Part shown: positions 31,381-44,148 of the stretch, piece after piece
Position numbering within the stretch: position 1 is the first letter of the stretch
Layout of the letters: every line of letters begins with the position of its first letter
NCBI RefSeq assembly: GCF_009914755.1
Contig: NC_060927.1
Reading direction: 5' to 3' (one strand)
From: the human T2T-CHM13v2.0 reference genome, Homo sapiens
DNA length: 64,000 bases
The notes under the pieces: generated by a model
Seen by the model: only the letters and a program-made list of their open reading frames with translations
Told to the model about the DNA's origin: nothing
The model's database searches: none
Made by a program: the position numbers and the translations under genes

Positions 31381-32577
31381 TCTTAAAATTAATTCTCCAT
31401 TCCTGATCATTCAATGTCCCTTTCTTTAAATATTTTTGAAACTGTGAAATTTGTTTTAATTCCTCATTAACAGAGAAACTAAGAGCATATAATTTTTGTT
31501 GCTCTTAAAAAGAAGCATTTCATAGGTACTAATGAGTTCTTAGAACAAAATGTATGTGCTGACAGTGAGCTTCAGCTAGGTTGTCATTGTGATATATTGG
31601 CATGGTGTATAGGGTGGAGACATAGAGTCAAAGATCAAAGAATAGTTCCCCAAGATGGAGGACATGAATACAGAAATATTTCAAACACATGGACTTTTCT
31701 TCTTAGAAGGAGATGGATTTAAAATACTACTTCTCAAGTGATAAAATGGGAGAGGGTACTAGAGAAGGTAGGTGAATTCTTTCCGAGCAATCTATCATTG
31801 AAATAAAAAAAGGTTTCTTCAACTTTCTTGCCAGAAGGAATATTGTTAAACTTTCCCATGCAATATGAAAAACGGTTTACATCTAATTTCTGAAATCATA
31901 TGAAACTAATAAAACTTAAAGACCTTGTTCATGCAAATAAACCCAATGATCTCCATTCCTGTAAAGCATCTGAGTCCAGCTAAAACCAATATTGCTTAGC
32001 TACAGAAGGTCACAGCCCACCAGTAGAGTTTCATTCATGTTCCACAATCTCTCTCCATGGCCTTCATGTTCTCATACACTTTGGATGCTGGACTTCATGG
32101 CCTTTTGTCAGCTGACTCTCTAGCATTTTCATTCCCACATTCTCTGGCACTGCTACATGAAACCTACTCTCCATCCTGGAACTTTGCACAACGTTCCTGG
32201 CACCCATCATAACTAATGCACTTAATGGCATGGAAAATCTGACTTCTTTATCCTTCTCCACTAAATGTCTGCCCAGGATCCACTTCCTCTATGAAATTAT
32301 TCTCAAAGAGTTTGATCTAACTTCTATTCTGAATCTCTCCCCCTGCCCATTTCATGCAAATCTGCGTATATCTGCATAAACTCAGGCCATCCCTTAAAAA
32401 TGTGAATTCCTTTTGGATGGACTTCCCAAATAAAAATCTCCCATGTCTATGAGAACTCCTACTGGGATAATGAAGAAACGTGGTTATGTTGATGAATATT
32501 GATTGATTTATACAATTTCATTTTTTTGGTGCTAATATTCAACAAACAGAAGTAAAGCACGTTTTTGGCATTAATTA

Positions 32578-32790
32578 TTTGACTCCGGAGCCAAACAATT
32601 TAGTTACTAATCCCAGCTCTATTACTTACCACTGTGTTACTCTTTTTAAACCTCAGTTGTTTCATCTGTTAAATGAGGGTAATAAATAGTATCTACTTAA
32701 TAGGATTATTTTGAAGATTAGATGGATAATCCATGCAAAGTGCTTTTAAAAAGGGCATGATACGTATCAAGCACTCCATAAATTGTTGTC
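32578..32790 (+). mobile_element. MIR
   Basis: aatcccagctctattacttacc...cctcagttgtttcatctgttaaatgagg. Confidence 0.7.
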
Positions 32791-33049
32791 CTTGTCACCA
32801 TTTATTTATAAGAAAAATACAGCCAGTCACTTTCTATAGTTTGATTGTATCTCATATAATGGAAGTTACCAAGTTATGAAAGTGTCAGTTTGATCTGAAT
32901 TTAAGTATGTGCCCTCTTCTTCAGAAGTTCTGAAATTATATATCAAGACTGGCAGCATAAAAGTAAATTCTTGTTTCTTATTATATGGCTCCCAAAACAA
33001 TTGGACTTGCCAATACTCTTCCCTCATTTTTGCCCATAAGACAAGTGTA

Positions 33050-33560
33050 AAGTCACCCATTACCTCCTAGGGGTCAAATCCAGTGGTACCACAATTCCTA
33101 TCCCATTTGACCTCTCCTGTGTTAGGTTCTGTGGACCCTCCCTTTTCCTCTTCCTTTGACTTCCAGAACACATGCCCTGTTGGTTTTCTTCCTGTTTTGG
33201 GGGTCCAATACTCCTTGGTGCCTTGTGAGTGTCTCTTCTCTTTCTTCAAAATAGTGATGTTCCCTAGATCTCTTTCCTTCTCACTTCACTTACTTGCCCT
33301 GGGTGATGCCATATTCTCCCAAGATTTCACCAAGCTAATGACTCTACATTTACCTTTTCTGCCACTGCCTGAGTCCAGGCCTTTATCATTTCCAATCTGG
33401 CCTACGTAAATTACCTCTTAAATGGTACCCATTTTAAAATTTCTCCTTCACGCAGCTACCAAAATGACCTCCCTAAAGTATGAATCTGACTTTTCATCTT
33501 CAAGCTAAAACATTTCAATGATTTCCCTTACCTCACTAGATACGATTCTAAAATGTTTAG
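33050..33560 (+). mobile_element. L2 relic
   Basis: Pyrimidine-rich L2-like sequence (ttgacctctc, ggttttcttcct, gtccaggcctttatcatt). Confidence 0.55.
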
Positions 33561-35581
33561 GCTATCTTTCCCTTCTGTATTTTAATGACCCAAATTAAGA
33601 AAGTAACTACAAATTTTTGTTGCTCAGATACCCAGTTCAAACTAAGAACACCGTTCTAAAATTTTTCTTAGGACTACTCTTTTAGTCAAATGACTTTCCA
33701 TTATAAGTTGTTGGACAACCAACAATTTAAAATCTGTTTTAAAATAAATCAAAATAGGTTCTCAACCCCAGTAAATGAAAACCACTGGATCTCTTAAATT
33801 GAAATGTTTTAGATAAAGGCAATTATATACAACACACACACACACACAGTATATATTGGTGCTTTCTAAAAAAATGATATTGAAAGATCTAAGAAAGAAT
33901 TTAGATTTTTCATGATAGTGAAAGCATATAATATAAATAAATGCACTTAAATATACTTAAAACCAGTTGTACCAAAGAAATGAGGTAACAATAAAAATTT
34001 ACTATTCTATAATTTGGCAGCATTGTCCAAGAGTTTAGAATTTGGATCCATTATAAATTTCAAGACCCCATATTATAGAACCACTAAAATAAATCTTTAC
34101 TACTAACCAAGGAACATTTGTTGTGAGTCCACATGTCTCAGAACCCTCTCTCAATGTGTAGAAACAATGTATAGGGATGTTTATGAATTCAAGAGAAATT
34201 GCTAAAGGAAGAGAGGGTGAAGGCCTGCTGGATCAGAAGCAGAAGTTCTGAGTTCTGTTTTGACAACGGCCCTGATTCTCAGAGATGGTAAGATTGAGCC
34301 AACTATTTATTCAAGATGTCTCATCTTCGAATGAGAGGCTGTAGTTACACAGATCTCTCAGGCCCCTGCAAAGTTTAGAAATGTGAATATTTAGCTATTG
34401 CATACTCACAGAACAGAAAAGCCCTCCTAGAACATGCTTTAAGAAGGATCAAGTACCCTGTGTCTCTCAGGTCACCCACAGTTTAAAGACCATTTAAGTG
34501 TCCAAACTTAATGGGGCTCCCTAATCTATAGGCTTGCAAACCTCCCTTTTCAGGTGCTAAAATCTTTAATTTTCTCACTGCCTTAAACCATTCTGAATAT
34601 TTTTATATAACATGGCCTGACTTGTTCTAGGCTCAACTCAAAAGAAATTTAGCAGTGCATTCAACACAAAATCCCTCTGCTTACAGGCACAAGTAAAGAC
34701 ACCGCCTGACACTTCCTTGGCCTCAATTGACACACACTAGAAACTCTGTAAGAGAATGGGTGGAGGCATGAACCGTGTGTATTTTTAGCATCAGTTTCTT
34801 GTGCTGGGTTATAACAGCTGTAGACAGTAAAAATCAAGGATAGAGTTGACTGTATCAGATAATTGAAGACATCTGCATCATCACAGTCATAGTACCTGGA
34901 CATTTTTTTTTTTTCCTGCAGTGGAGCTTTAATGTATTGGACGGGATTATCAGAGGCTGGATTGCCTTCACCATTTGGTACCACATTTTACTTTATGATG
35001 AGCTGCAAGCCAGAGTATATAACGTGTGACTTAGGGCTCAGTAGCATAATCAAGAAAATACAATGAAAAAAAGAGTCTGCATTCTACAGGGTATTAACTG
35101 AAAAGCTATCCCTGTATTAAGCAACTCTGTTGATATTTGGACATATCTGTTTCAGACTGCTGTCTTGTAAACTTTCCTTTAGAAAGAAAACTCTTGGCAT
35201 ATAGTTACTTTTGCACTCCTGCCAAATACAGGTAAGGTCTCTCAATACAAGACAAAAAAGAATGCAGTGAGCATATCGGCATTACTCAAACTAAAAGAAG
35301 AATGCAATGCGCTTCACATAACTCAAGGCAAGTGATCCACATTCCCTAAGTCAGAAGTCCAGAACTCACAGAGAAAGTCCAGCAATCCTCTAGTTTGCTT
35401 TGATTTGAAGCCTTGTATTTGTCAGAAGCCGTGGAATTAAGTCAGAAAAAACATACAAATATGTGATATACTAAAAAAAAGACAATTTTCCCAGCCAGCA
35501 AGAATCCTGGAAGTGTTAGATCCCTCACACAGATCACAGACCCCACAGCCACCTGCAACTTGAGCTCCGAATGTCACTTAC

Positions 35582-35658
35582 CCTATGACGATGCAGGAGA
35601 TGGCAGTTCCCAAGAAGGCATACGTTAAAATAGATCCTAAGTTTTGAAAAAAGTGTCT
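35582..35658 (-). CDS. SLC9A9: SLC9A9 (NHE9) internal coding exon, probably exon 4, 77 nt
   Basis: Minus strand reads atctttttttctccccag|AGACAC...GTCATAGG|gtaagt and translates to [25 protein letters not shown](G), in frame with the preceding exon. [11 protein letters not shown] distinguishes NHE9 from NHE6/7 (FFRNLGSILAY). Confidence 0.95.
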
Positions 35659-36166
35659 CTGGGGAGAAAAAAAGATATTTAATAGAGTACATCAGAATTT
35701 TTTCTTAGTGCAAAAGAAAATAAAAATAAATGTATGCAGTTCACAGACCCCTCACTGTTTAGGCAAATTTTGGTTTTGGAGCCTCGTTCCTGGCCTTATT
35801 GTGCTAATAGGGACTTAACTGATTATCATTGCAAAGGACTGGAGGGAAAAGTCAAGAAGCAGAAAAAAAAAAAAAAAAAAACCCACTGGAAGATGAGTAG
35901 GTAGGGATGAGAGAGACAACTCCAAGAACTGGCTGGACCTGAGAGGGAAGCAAGGAACTGGGCAATGTCTATGCCAGAATCGGGGCAATAATGGAAGACA
36001 CAGTTTTCATGAAGTTTTGTTGTAAATGCAATTCCTTTAGCATTAAAACAACAACAACAACAAAACTATTCTAAGAGATTTACGTTGCCTGTTGATTTTA
36101 CTGGATGTCTGACTTCTCTTTTATATCTTCTGAATGTGATGAAAATAAACTTTAAAAATCTACAAC

Positions 36167-36328
36167 AGCCTGGTGGGTGGCTCACGCCTGTAATTCCAGC
36201 AATTTGGGAGGCTGAAGGAAGATTGTTTGAGTACAGGAGGTCGAAGCTGCTGTGAGCCATAATCGTACCATTGTACTGCAGCCTGGGCAAAAGAGGGAGA
36301 CTGTGTCTCCAAAACAAAACAAAACAAA
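36167..36328 (+). mobile_element. Alu monomer (FRAM/AluJ right arm) in the intron between the two exons
   Basis: ggaggtcgaagctgctgtgagccataatcgtaccattg...(caaaa)n tail. Confidence 0.8.
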
Positions 36329-36914
36329 TCCCCCAAACCTACAGCAATTCACTTTATTTTAATGAGTCAGCCACAAAATGATGCTTAGTATTGGGACTGG
36401 CAATGAGGAAGGGTTACCTGAACAAATCCAGCCTTCTAAATTTTTTCAACTGCTTGCTTAGGGAAAACCCCATTCCAGTTTTTTGAGTGGGATCTGAGGA
36501 GCCAGACCTGACAGCAAGAGGGAGCCTGGAGTACACACAAGAAAATCAGGTCTGTGATGAACAAGCTGCCTGGCTGCTGAAGATGACTGCTCAAGAGGAA
36601 GAAAGCCCCAGGAATCTCCTAGAGTGGGAGCTGAGCAGCAGAAGAGCAGCCACATCACCTCTGCATCTCAAAAACCACGTGGGCTGGAGCCTCACTCTGT
36701 GGCTCAGGGGATGCCAGTACTTAAACCATTATGTGAATTACTAATGTACAAAATGTGCATAGTCAGGCCGTGCTCAAGTACTGTTAGACAAGTGCATAGA
36801 AACTGTAAAACTGGACTTTCCTGTCTATGAGCATCAACAGTAGTCTTGAGTTTTCACTTTAAAGGATAAACTCAATGTTAATTAATAACCAAAGTCTTTG
36901 GTTACAATCATCCA

Positions 36915-37235
36915 GAATAATGCTGTCCAATAGAAATATAATGCAAGCCACATATTTAAAAAATTTTAAATTTTCTAGCAGCTACATTAAAATGTTTTTA
37001 AAAGATGAAATAGGTTTTGATAATGTTTTGTTTAATCCAATCTATCCAAAATACTAACATTTCTACACGAAATCAATATAAAACATTATGGAAATATTTA
37101 CATTATTTGAATAAATACAAAATCTTTAAAATCCAGTGTGTATTTTACACTTAAAGAACATCTCGATTCAGACAAGACGCATTTCAAGAGCTCAATAGTT
37201 ACATGTGGTTAATGGCCTGTATTCAACAGAACAGG
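36915..37235. mobile_element. MER33-like hAT-Charlie MITE
   Basis: gctgtccaatagaaatataatgcaagccacatat...catttcaagagctcaatagttacatgtgg. Confidence 0.8.
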
Positions 37236-37406
37236 TTTAGAAGAAGTCTAGAATTCTAAGCATGTCAGGTTTGAATCTGCATCACAAATTTAAGATAATG
37301 ATACTCTTACCAAATAGAGAAGCCCATAAAAATAACAGTTTCTCATTAGTGCTGGTAAAATTCTCTACTTAATGATAAAAGAAGAAAATGATCACTATAT
37401 ATTTAC

Positions 37407-37484
37407 CTTCTTTAGACTATATCCTGCATGAAATATAATTGGTGGCAGTAAAACATTGAAGAAGATTTCTGGATCAAATGTCAT
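37407..37484 (-). CDS. SLC9A9: SLC9A9 (NHE9) internal coding exon, probably exon 3, 78 nt, phase 0-0
   Basis: Minus strand reads cctttctggcag|ATGACATTTGAT...CTAAAGAAG|gtaaat and translates to [26 protein letters not shown]. This contains the FFxxLLPPII motif of CPA1/NHE exchangers and matches NHE9 as I recall it. Exon number is from memory. Confidence 0.95.
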
Positions 37485-38025
37485 CTGCCAGAAAGGAAAA
37501 AAAGGATAGTTAGAATGATGCTCCTTTGGGTCATTAAAAAAACATGTTTCAAAAAACAGTTGTAATTGCTTTTGCTAAGCCTTTGTGAGGCATATTAACT
37601 ATTAACTTGGCAGAGATGAAGGTAGGAAAAAATGAAAATTTGGAAATTCATAAATACAGTATAACTGTAGCTTCTAAAGGTAAAATCTACATACTTCCAC
37701 ACTATAGCTAACAACAACAACAAAAACTCAGTGAAATCTCTCTGAGAAAAATGTCTTTTTATATATATATAAAATATATATGTATATAGGCTTCTTACAA
37801 GGATTTATTTAAAGTTTTCCCCAAATAAAATATTTTTGGAAATTGGTTCTTCGCTTTCCCTATTTTGTCCCATTCCAAAATTTAAAACATTTTCCAGACT
37901 CCATGGAAGAACACACTTGAACTTGAAAATTGATTTTTCTAGTATTTGTTTATTGGGTTTTACTTAAATGTCAAAATAAACTTGGCCATAAAGCAAGTAT
38001 GACTTGGTATGAAGTGCAGTGAAAT

Positions 38026-38522
38026 TGTCAGGCCTCTGAGCCCAAGCTAAGCCATCATATCCCCTGTGACCTGCATGGACCAGATGGCCCAAAGCAAGTG
38101 AAGAATCACCAAAGAAGTGAAAATGGCCGGTTCCTGCCTTAACTGATGACATTCCACCACAAAAGAAGTGAAAATGGCCTGTTCCTGCCTTAACTGATGA
38201 CATTCCACCACAAAAGAAGTGAAAATGGCCTGTTCCTGCCTTAACTGATGACATTACCTTGTGAAATTCCTTCTCCTGGCTCATCCTGGCTCAAAAGCTC
38301 CCCCACTGAGCACCTTGTGTCCCCCGCCCCTGCCCACCAGAGAACAACCCCCTTTGACTGTAATTTTCCACTACCTACCCAAATCCTATAAAATGTCCCC
38401 ACCCATATCTCCCTTCACTGACTCTCTTTTGGGACTCAGCCCACCTGCACCCAGGTGATTAAAAAGCTTTATTGCTCACACAAAGCCTGTTTGGTGGTCT
38501 CTTCACACAGATGCATGTGAAA
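38026..38522 (+). promoter_or_regulatory. 5' LTR (LTR7 family), 497 bp, with three copies of the 51-bp U3 repeat
   Basis: tgtcaggcctctgagcccaag...gtgaaa, with TATAAAA at 38387-38393 and ATTAAA at 38458-38463. Confidence 0.95.
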
Positions 38523-38524
38523 TT

Positions 38525-38542
38525 TGGTGCCATGACTCGGAT
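38525..38542 (+). other. Primer-binding site, tRNA-His
   Basis: TGGTGCCATGACTCGGAT is 17/18 complementary to the 3' end of tRNA-His (TGGTGCCGTGACTCGGAT). Confidence 0.95.
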
Positions 38543-38664
38543 CAGGGGACCACCCTTGGGAGATCAACCCCTGTCCTCCTGCTCTTTGCTCCGTGAGAAA
38601 GATCCACCTACGACCTCTGGTCCTCAGACTAACCAGCCCAAGGAACATCTCACCAATTTTAAAT

Positions 38665-38673
38665 CCGGTAAGC
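38665..38673 (+). promoter_or_regulatory. HERV-H major splice donor (ccg|gtaagc)
   Basis: Consensus-like donor ~145 nt downstream of the 5' LTR, at the position typical for HERV-H. Confidence 0.7.
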
Positions 38674-39083
38674 GGACTCTCTTTACTCTCTTCTCCAGCC
38701 TCTCTCCCTATCCCTCAACCTCTTTCTCCTTTCAATCTTGGCGCCACACTTCAATCTCTCCCTTCTCTTAATTTCAGTTCCTTTCCTTTTCTGGTAGAGA
38801 CAAAGGAGACACATTTTATCCGTGGACCCCAAAACTCCGGCGCCAGTCACAGACTCGGGAAGACAGTCTTCCCTTGGTGTTTAATCACTGTGGGGATGCC
38901 TGCCTGATTATTCACCCACATTCCATTGGTGTGTGATCACCACAGGGACACCTGCCTTGGTCATTCACCCACATTCCCTTGGTGGCAAGTCAATTGCGGG
39001 GACGCCTGCTTTGGCTGCCCAGAGCTGCTCCCCACACCCTTCTCCATGTCTCTACCCTTCTCTTTAAATTTGCCTCCTTCACT

Positions 39084-40343
39084 ATAGGCAAGCTTCCACC
39101 CTCCATTCCTCCTTCTTCTCCCTTAGCCTGTGTTCTCAAGAACTTAAAACCTCTTCAACTCTCACCTGACCTAAAATCTAAGCATTTTATTTTCTTCTGC
39201 AACACCACTTGACCCCAGTAGAAACTCGACAGTGGTTCCAAACAGCCAGAAAACGGCACTTTCAATTTTTCCATCCTACAAGATCTAGATAATTCTTGTC
39301 GTAAAATGGGCAAATGGTCTGAGGTGCATGACATCCAGGCACTCTTTTACACATCGGTCCCTCCCTAGTCTCTGTTCCCATGCAACTTGTCCCAAATCTT
39401 GCTTCTTTCCCTCCCGCCTGTCCCCTCAGTTCCAACCCCAAGTGTTGCTCAGTCTTTCCAATTTTCCTTTTCTACAGACCCAACTGACCTCTCCCCTCCT
39501 CCCCAGGCTGCTCCTTGCCAGGCTGAGCCAGGTCTCAATTCTTCCTCAGCCTCTGCTCCTCCACCCTATAATCCTTTTATCACCTCCCCTCCTCACACCT
39601 GGTCTGGCTTACGGTTCTGTTCCACGACTAGTCCTCCCCCACCTGCCCAGCAATTTCCTCTTAAAAAGGTGGCTGGAGCTAAAGGCATAGTCAAGGTTAA
39701 TGCTCCTTTTTCTTTATCCGACCTCTCCCAAATCAGTTAGCATTTGGGCTCTTTTTCATCAAGTATAAAAACCCAGCCCAGTCCATGGCCCATTTGGCAA
39801 CAACCCTTAGATGCTTTACTGCCCTAGACCCATAGGGGCCAGAAGGCCATCTTATTCTCAATATGCATTTTATTACCCAATCCTCTCCCAACATTAAGTA
39901 AAGCTTCGAAAATTAAATTCCAGCTCTCACACCCCACAACAGGACTTAATTAACCACGCCTTCAAGGTGTACAATAATAGAGTAGAGGCAGCCAAGTAGC
40001 AATGTATTTCTGAGTTGCAATTCCTTGCCCCCACTGTGAGACAAACCCCAGCCACATTTCCAGCACACAAGAACTCCAAATTCCTGAACCCCAGCTGCCA
40101 GGGGTTCTTCCAGAACCTCCTCATCCAGGAGCTTGCTACAAGTGCCGGAAATCTGGCCACTGGGCCAAGGAATGCCCGCAGACCAGGATTCCTCCTAAGC
40201 CATGTCCCATCTGTGTGGGACCCCACTGAAAATCGGACTGTTCAACTCACCTGGCAGCCACTCCCAGAGCCGCTGGAACTCTGGCCCAAGGCTCTCTGAC
40301 TGACTCCTTCCCAGATCTTCTCAGCTTAGCGGCTGAAGACTGA
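39084..40343 (+). pseudogene. gag: HERV-H gag (defective)
   Basis: Start codon mutated (ATA-GGC). Shows matrix-like SPLACVLKNL, a PPPY late motif (ASAPPPYNP), and two zinc knuckles CYKCRKSGHWAKEC / CPICVGPH*KSDC at ~40134-40241. Multiple stops and frameshifts. Confidence 0.88.
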
Positions 40344-43300
40344 TGCTGCCTGATCACCTCGGAAGCCCCCTAGACCATCACGAACACCGAGCTTCAGGTA
40401 ACTCTCACAGTGGAGGGTAAGTCTGTACCATTTTTAATCAATACAGAGGCTACCCACTCCACATTATCTTCTTTTCAAGGGCCTGTTTCCTTTGCCTCCA
40501 TAACTGTTGTGGGTATTGATGGCCAGGCTTCTAAACCTCTTAAAACTCCCAACTCTGGTGCCAACTTAGACAATACTCTTTTAAGCACTCCTTTTTAGTT
40601 ATCCCCACCTGCCCAGCTCCCTTATTAAGTCGAGACATTTTAACTAAATTATCTGCTTCCCTGACTATTCCTGGGCTACAGCCATACCTCATTGCTGCCT
40701 TTTCCCCAGTTCAAAGTCTCCTTCGCATCTTCCCCTTGTATCTTCCTACCTTAATCCACAGGTATGGGACACCTCTGCTCCCTCCTTGGTGACCAATCAT
40801 GCACCCCTTATCATCCCATTAAAACCTAATCACCCTTACCCTGCTCAATGCCAATATCCCATCCTACAGCACGCTTTAAAAGGAGTAAAGCCTGTTATCA
40901 CTTGCCTGTTACAGCATGGCCTTTTAAAGCCTACAAATTCTCCTTACAATTCCCCCATTTTACCTGTCCCAAAACCAGACAAGTCTTACAAGTTAGTTCA
41001 GGATCTGCGCCTTATGAACCAAATTATTTTACTTATCCACCCCGTGGTGCCAAACCCATATACTCTTTTGTCCTCAATACCTTCCTCCACAACTCACTGT
41101 TCCGTTTTTGATCTTAAAGATGCTTTTTTCACTATTCCCCTGCACCACTTATCCCAGTCTCTCTTTGCTTTTACCTGGACTGACCCTGACACCCATCAGT
41201 CCCAGCAGTTTACCTGGGCTGTGCTGCCGCAAGGCTTCAGGGACAGCCCTCATTACTTCAGCCAAGCTCTTTCTCATGATTTACTTTCTTTCCACCCCTC
41301 CACTTCTCACCTTATTCAATATATTGATGACCTTCTACTTTGTAGTCCCTCCTTTGAGTCTTCCTAACAAGACACCCTCCTGCTCCTTCAACATTTATTC
41401 TCCAAAGGATATCGGGTATTCCCCTCCAAAGCTCAAATTTCTTCTCCATCCGTTACCTGTCTTGGCATAATTCTTCATAAAAACACACATGCTCTCCCTG
41501 CCGATTGTGTCCAAACTGATCTCTCAAACCCCAACACCTTCTACAAAACAACAACTCCTTTCCTTCCTAGGCATGGTTGGATACTTTCACCTTTGGATAC
41601 CTGGTTTTGCCATCCTAACAAACCCATTATGTAAATTCACAAAAGGAAACCTAGCTGACCCCATAGATCCTAAATCCTTTCCCCACTCCTCTTTCCATTC
41701 CTTGAAGACAGATTTAGAGACTGCTCCCACACTAGCTCTCCCTGACTCATCCCAACCCTTTTGGTTACACACAGCTGAAGTGCAGGGCTGTGCAGTTGGA
41801 ATTCTTACACAAGTACCGGGACCGCGCCCTGTAGACCTTTTGTCCAAACAACTTGACCTTACTGTTTTAGACTGGCCATGATGTCTCCATGCAGCGGCTG
41901 CCACTGCCCTAATACTTTTAGAGGCCCTTAAAATCACACACTATGCTCAACTCACTGTCTACAGCTCTCGTAACTTCCAAAATCTATTTTCTTCCTCACA
42001 CTTGATGCATATACTTTCTGCTCCCCAGCTCCTTCAGTTATACTCACTCTTTGTTGAGACTCCCACCATTACCATTGTTCCTGGCCCAGACTTCAATCCA
42101 GCCTCCCACATTATTCCGGATACCACACCTGACCCCCATGACTGTATCTCTCTGATCCACCTGACATACACCCCATTTCCCCATGTTTCCTTCTTTCCTG
42201 TTCCTCACCCTGATCACATTTGGTTTACTGATGGCAGCTCCATCAGGCCTAATCGCCACTCACCAGCAAAGGCAGGCTATGCTATATATCTTCCACATCT
42301 ATCATTGAGGCTACCGCTCTGCCCTACTCCACTACCTCTCAACAAGCCGAACTCATTGCCTTAACTCGGGCCCTCACTCTTGCAAAGGGATTACATGTCA
42401 ATATTTATGCTGACTCTAAATATGCCTTCCACATCCTGCACCACCATGCTGTTATATAGGCTGAAAGAGGTTTCCTCACTACACAAGAGTCCTCCATCAT
42501 TAATGTCTTTTTAATAAAAACTCTTCTCAAGGCCGCTTTACTTCCAAAAGAAGCTGGAGTCATTCACTGCAAAGGCCATCAAAAGGCATCAGATCCCATT
42601 GCCCTCGGCAACGCTTATGCTGATAAGGTAGCTAAAGAAGCAGCTAGTGTTCCAACTTCTGTCCCTCACGGCCAGTTTTTCTCCTTCTCATCGGTCACTT
42701 CCACCTACTCCCCCACTGAAACTCCCACCTGTCAATCTCTTTCCACATAAGGCAAATGGTTCTTAGACCAAGGAAAGTATCTCCTTCCAGCCTCACAGGC
42801 CCATTCTATTGTGTCATCATTTCATAACCTCTTCCATGTAAGTTACAAGCCGCTAGCCCGCCTCTTAGAATCTCTAATTTCCTTTCCATCATGGAAATCT
42901 GTCCTCAAGGGAATCACTTCTCAGTGTTTCATCTGCTATTCTACTACCCCTCAGGGATTGTTCAGGCCCCCTCCCTTCCCTACACATCAAGCTCAGGGAC
43001 TTGCCCCTGCCCAGGATTGGCAAATTGACTTTACTCACATGCCCCGAGTCAGGAAACTAAAATACCTCTTGGTCTGGGTAGACACTTTCACTGGATGGGT
43101 AGAGGCCTTTCCCACAGGGTCTGAGAAGGCCACCGTGGTCATTTCTTCCCTTCTGTCAGACATAACTCCTCAGTTTGGCCTTCCCACCTCTATACAGTCC
43201 GATAACGGATGAGCCTTTACTAGTTAAATTACCCAAGCAGTTTCTCAGGCTCTTGGTATTCAGTGGAACCTTCAAATCCCTTACCATCCTCAATCTTCAA

Positions 43301-43860
43301 GAAAGGTAGAATAGACTAATGGTCTTTTAAAGACACACCTCACCAAGCTCAGCCTCCAATTTAAAAAGGACTGGACAGTACTTTTACCTCTTGCCCTTCT
43401 CAGAATTAGAGCCTGTCCTCGAGATGCTACAGGGTACAGTCCATTTGAACTTTTATACGGACGCACTTTCTTACTCAGCCCCAACCTTGTCCCAGACACC
43501 AGCCCTCTAGGTGACTATCCTCCAGTCCTCCAGCAGGCTAGACAGGAAATTCGCCAGGCTGCTAATCTTCTCTTGCCTACTCCAGATTCTCAACCATATG
43601 AACACACCCTAGCTGGACAATCAGTTCTTGTTAAGAATCTGACCCCTCAAACTCTACAACCTCGATGGACTGGACCCTACTTAGTCATCTATAGTACCCC
43701 AACTGCCGTCCACCTGCAGGATCCTCCCCACTGGGTTCACCGTTCCAGAGTAAAGCTGTGTCCATCAGTCAGCCAGCCTAATCCCCCCTCTTCCTCCTGG
43801 AAGTCACAAGTACTCTCCCCTACTTCCCTTAAACTCACTTGCATTTCTGAAGAACAGTAA
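40344..43860 (+). pseudogene. pol: HERV-H pro-pol (defective protease, RT, RNase H, integrase)
   Basis: Protease FLINTEATHS (catalytic DTG degenerate); RT LVQDLR, DLKDAFF, LPQGFRDSP, YIDD; RNase H FTDGSS; integrase WQIDFTHM, VDTFTGW, SDNG, WTGPY. Interrupted by stops and frameshifts. Confidence 0.95.
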
Positions 43861-44148
43861 CAACCCTTATGAGCCTAATACATCCCTTCATTCTATTAGG
43901 CCTGTTCATCCTTATCCTACTTTTTGCAACAGGGCTTTATGCAGTCACCCCCACTACTTGGGCAGAGCCCCCAAAACTAGTCATCCCTACTATCTTCTGT
44001 CTAGTTTTATTCATCATTCTCTACTACTTATAAATGCCCTACTCTTGTTTACACTGCCGGTTTACACTGTTTCTCCAAGCCATCACAGCTGTTGTCTCCT
44101 GGTGCTATCCCCAAACTGCCACTCTTAACTCCCTCTTAGAGTGGATAG

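Noticed and set aside
34900-35240. Plus-strand acceptor (poly-T cctgcag at ~34921) and donor (cag|gtaagg at ~35232) suggesting an antisense exon; ORF 34661-34984(-)
   Set aside because: There is no recognisable protein or other support, and such signals are expected by chance.
38111-38260. CRISPR-like array
   Set aside because: These are tandem LTR U3 repeats without unique spacers, in eukaryotic DNA.
37964-38284. ORF with a tandem 17-aa repeat (MSSVKAGTGHFHFFCGG)
   Set aside because: It is the antisense translation of the 51-bp LTR repeat, with no evidence of coding function.
40786-41367. RT ORF as part of a novel RT-based system (retron/DGR-like)
   Set aside because: It is a fragment of HERV-H pol in normal proviral context, and it stops just after the YIDD motif.
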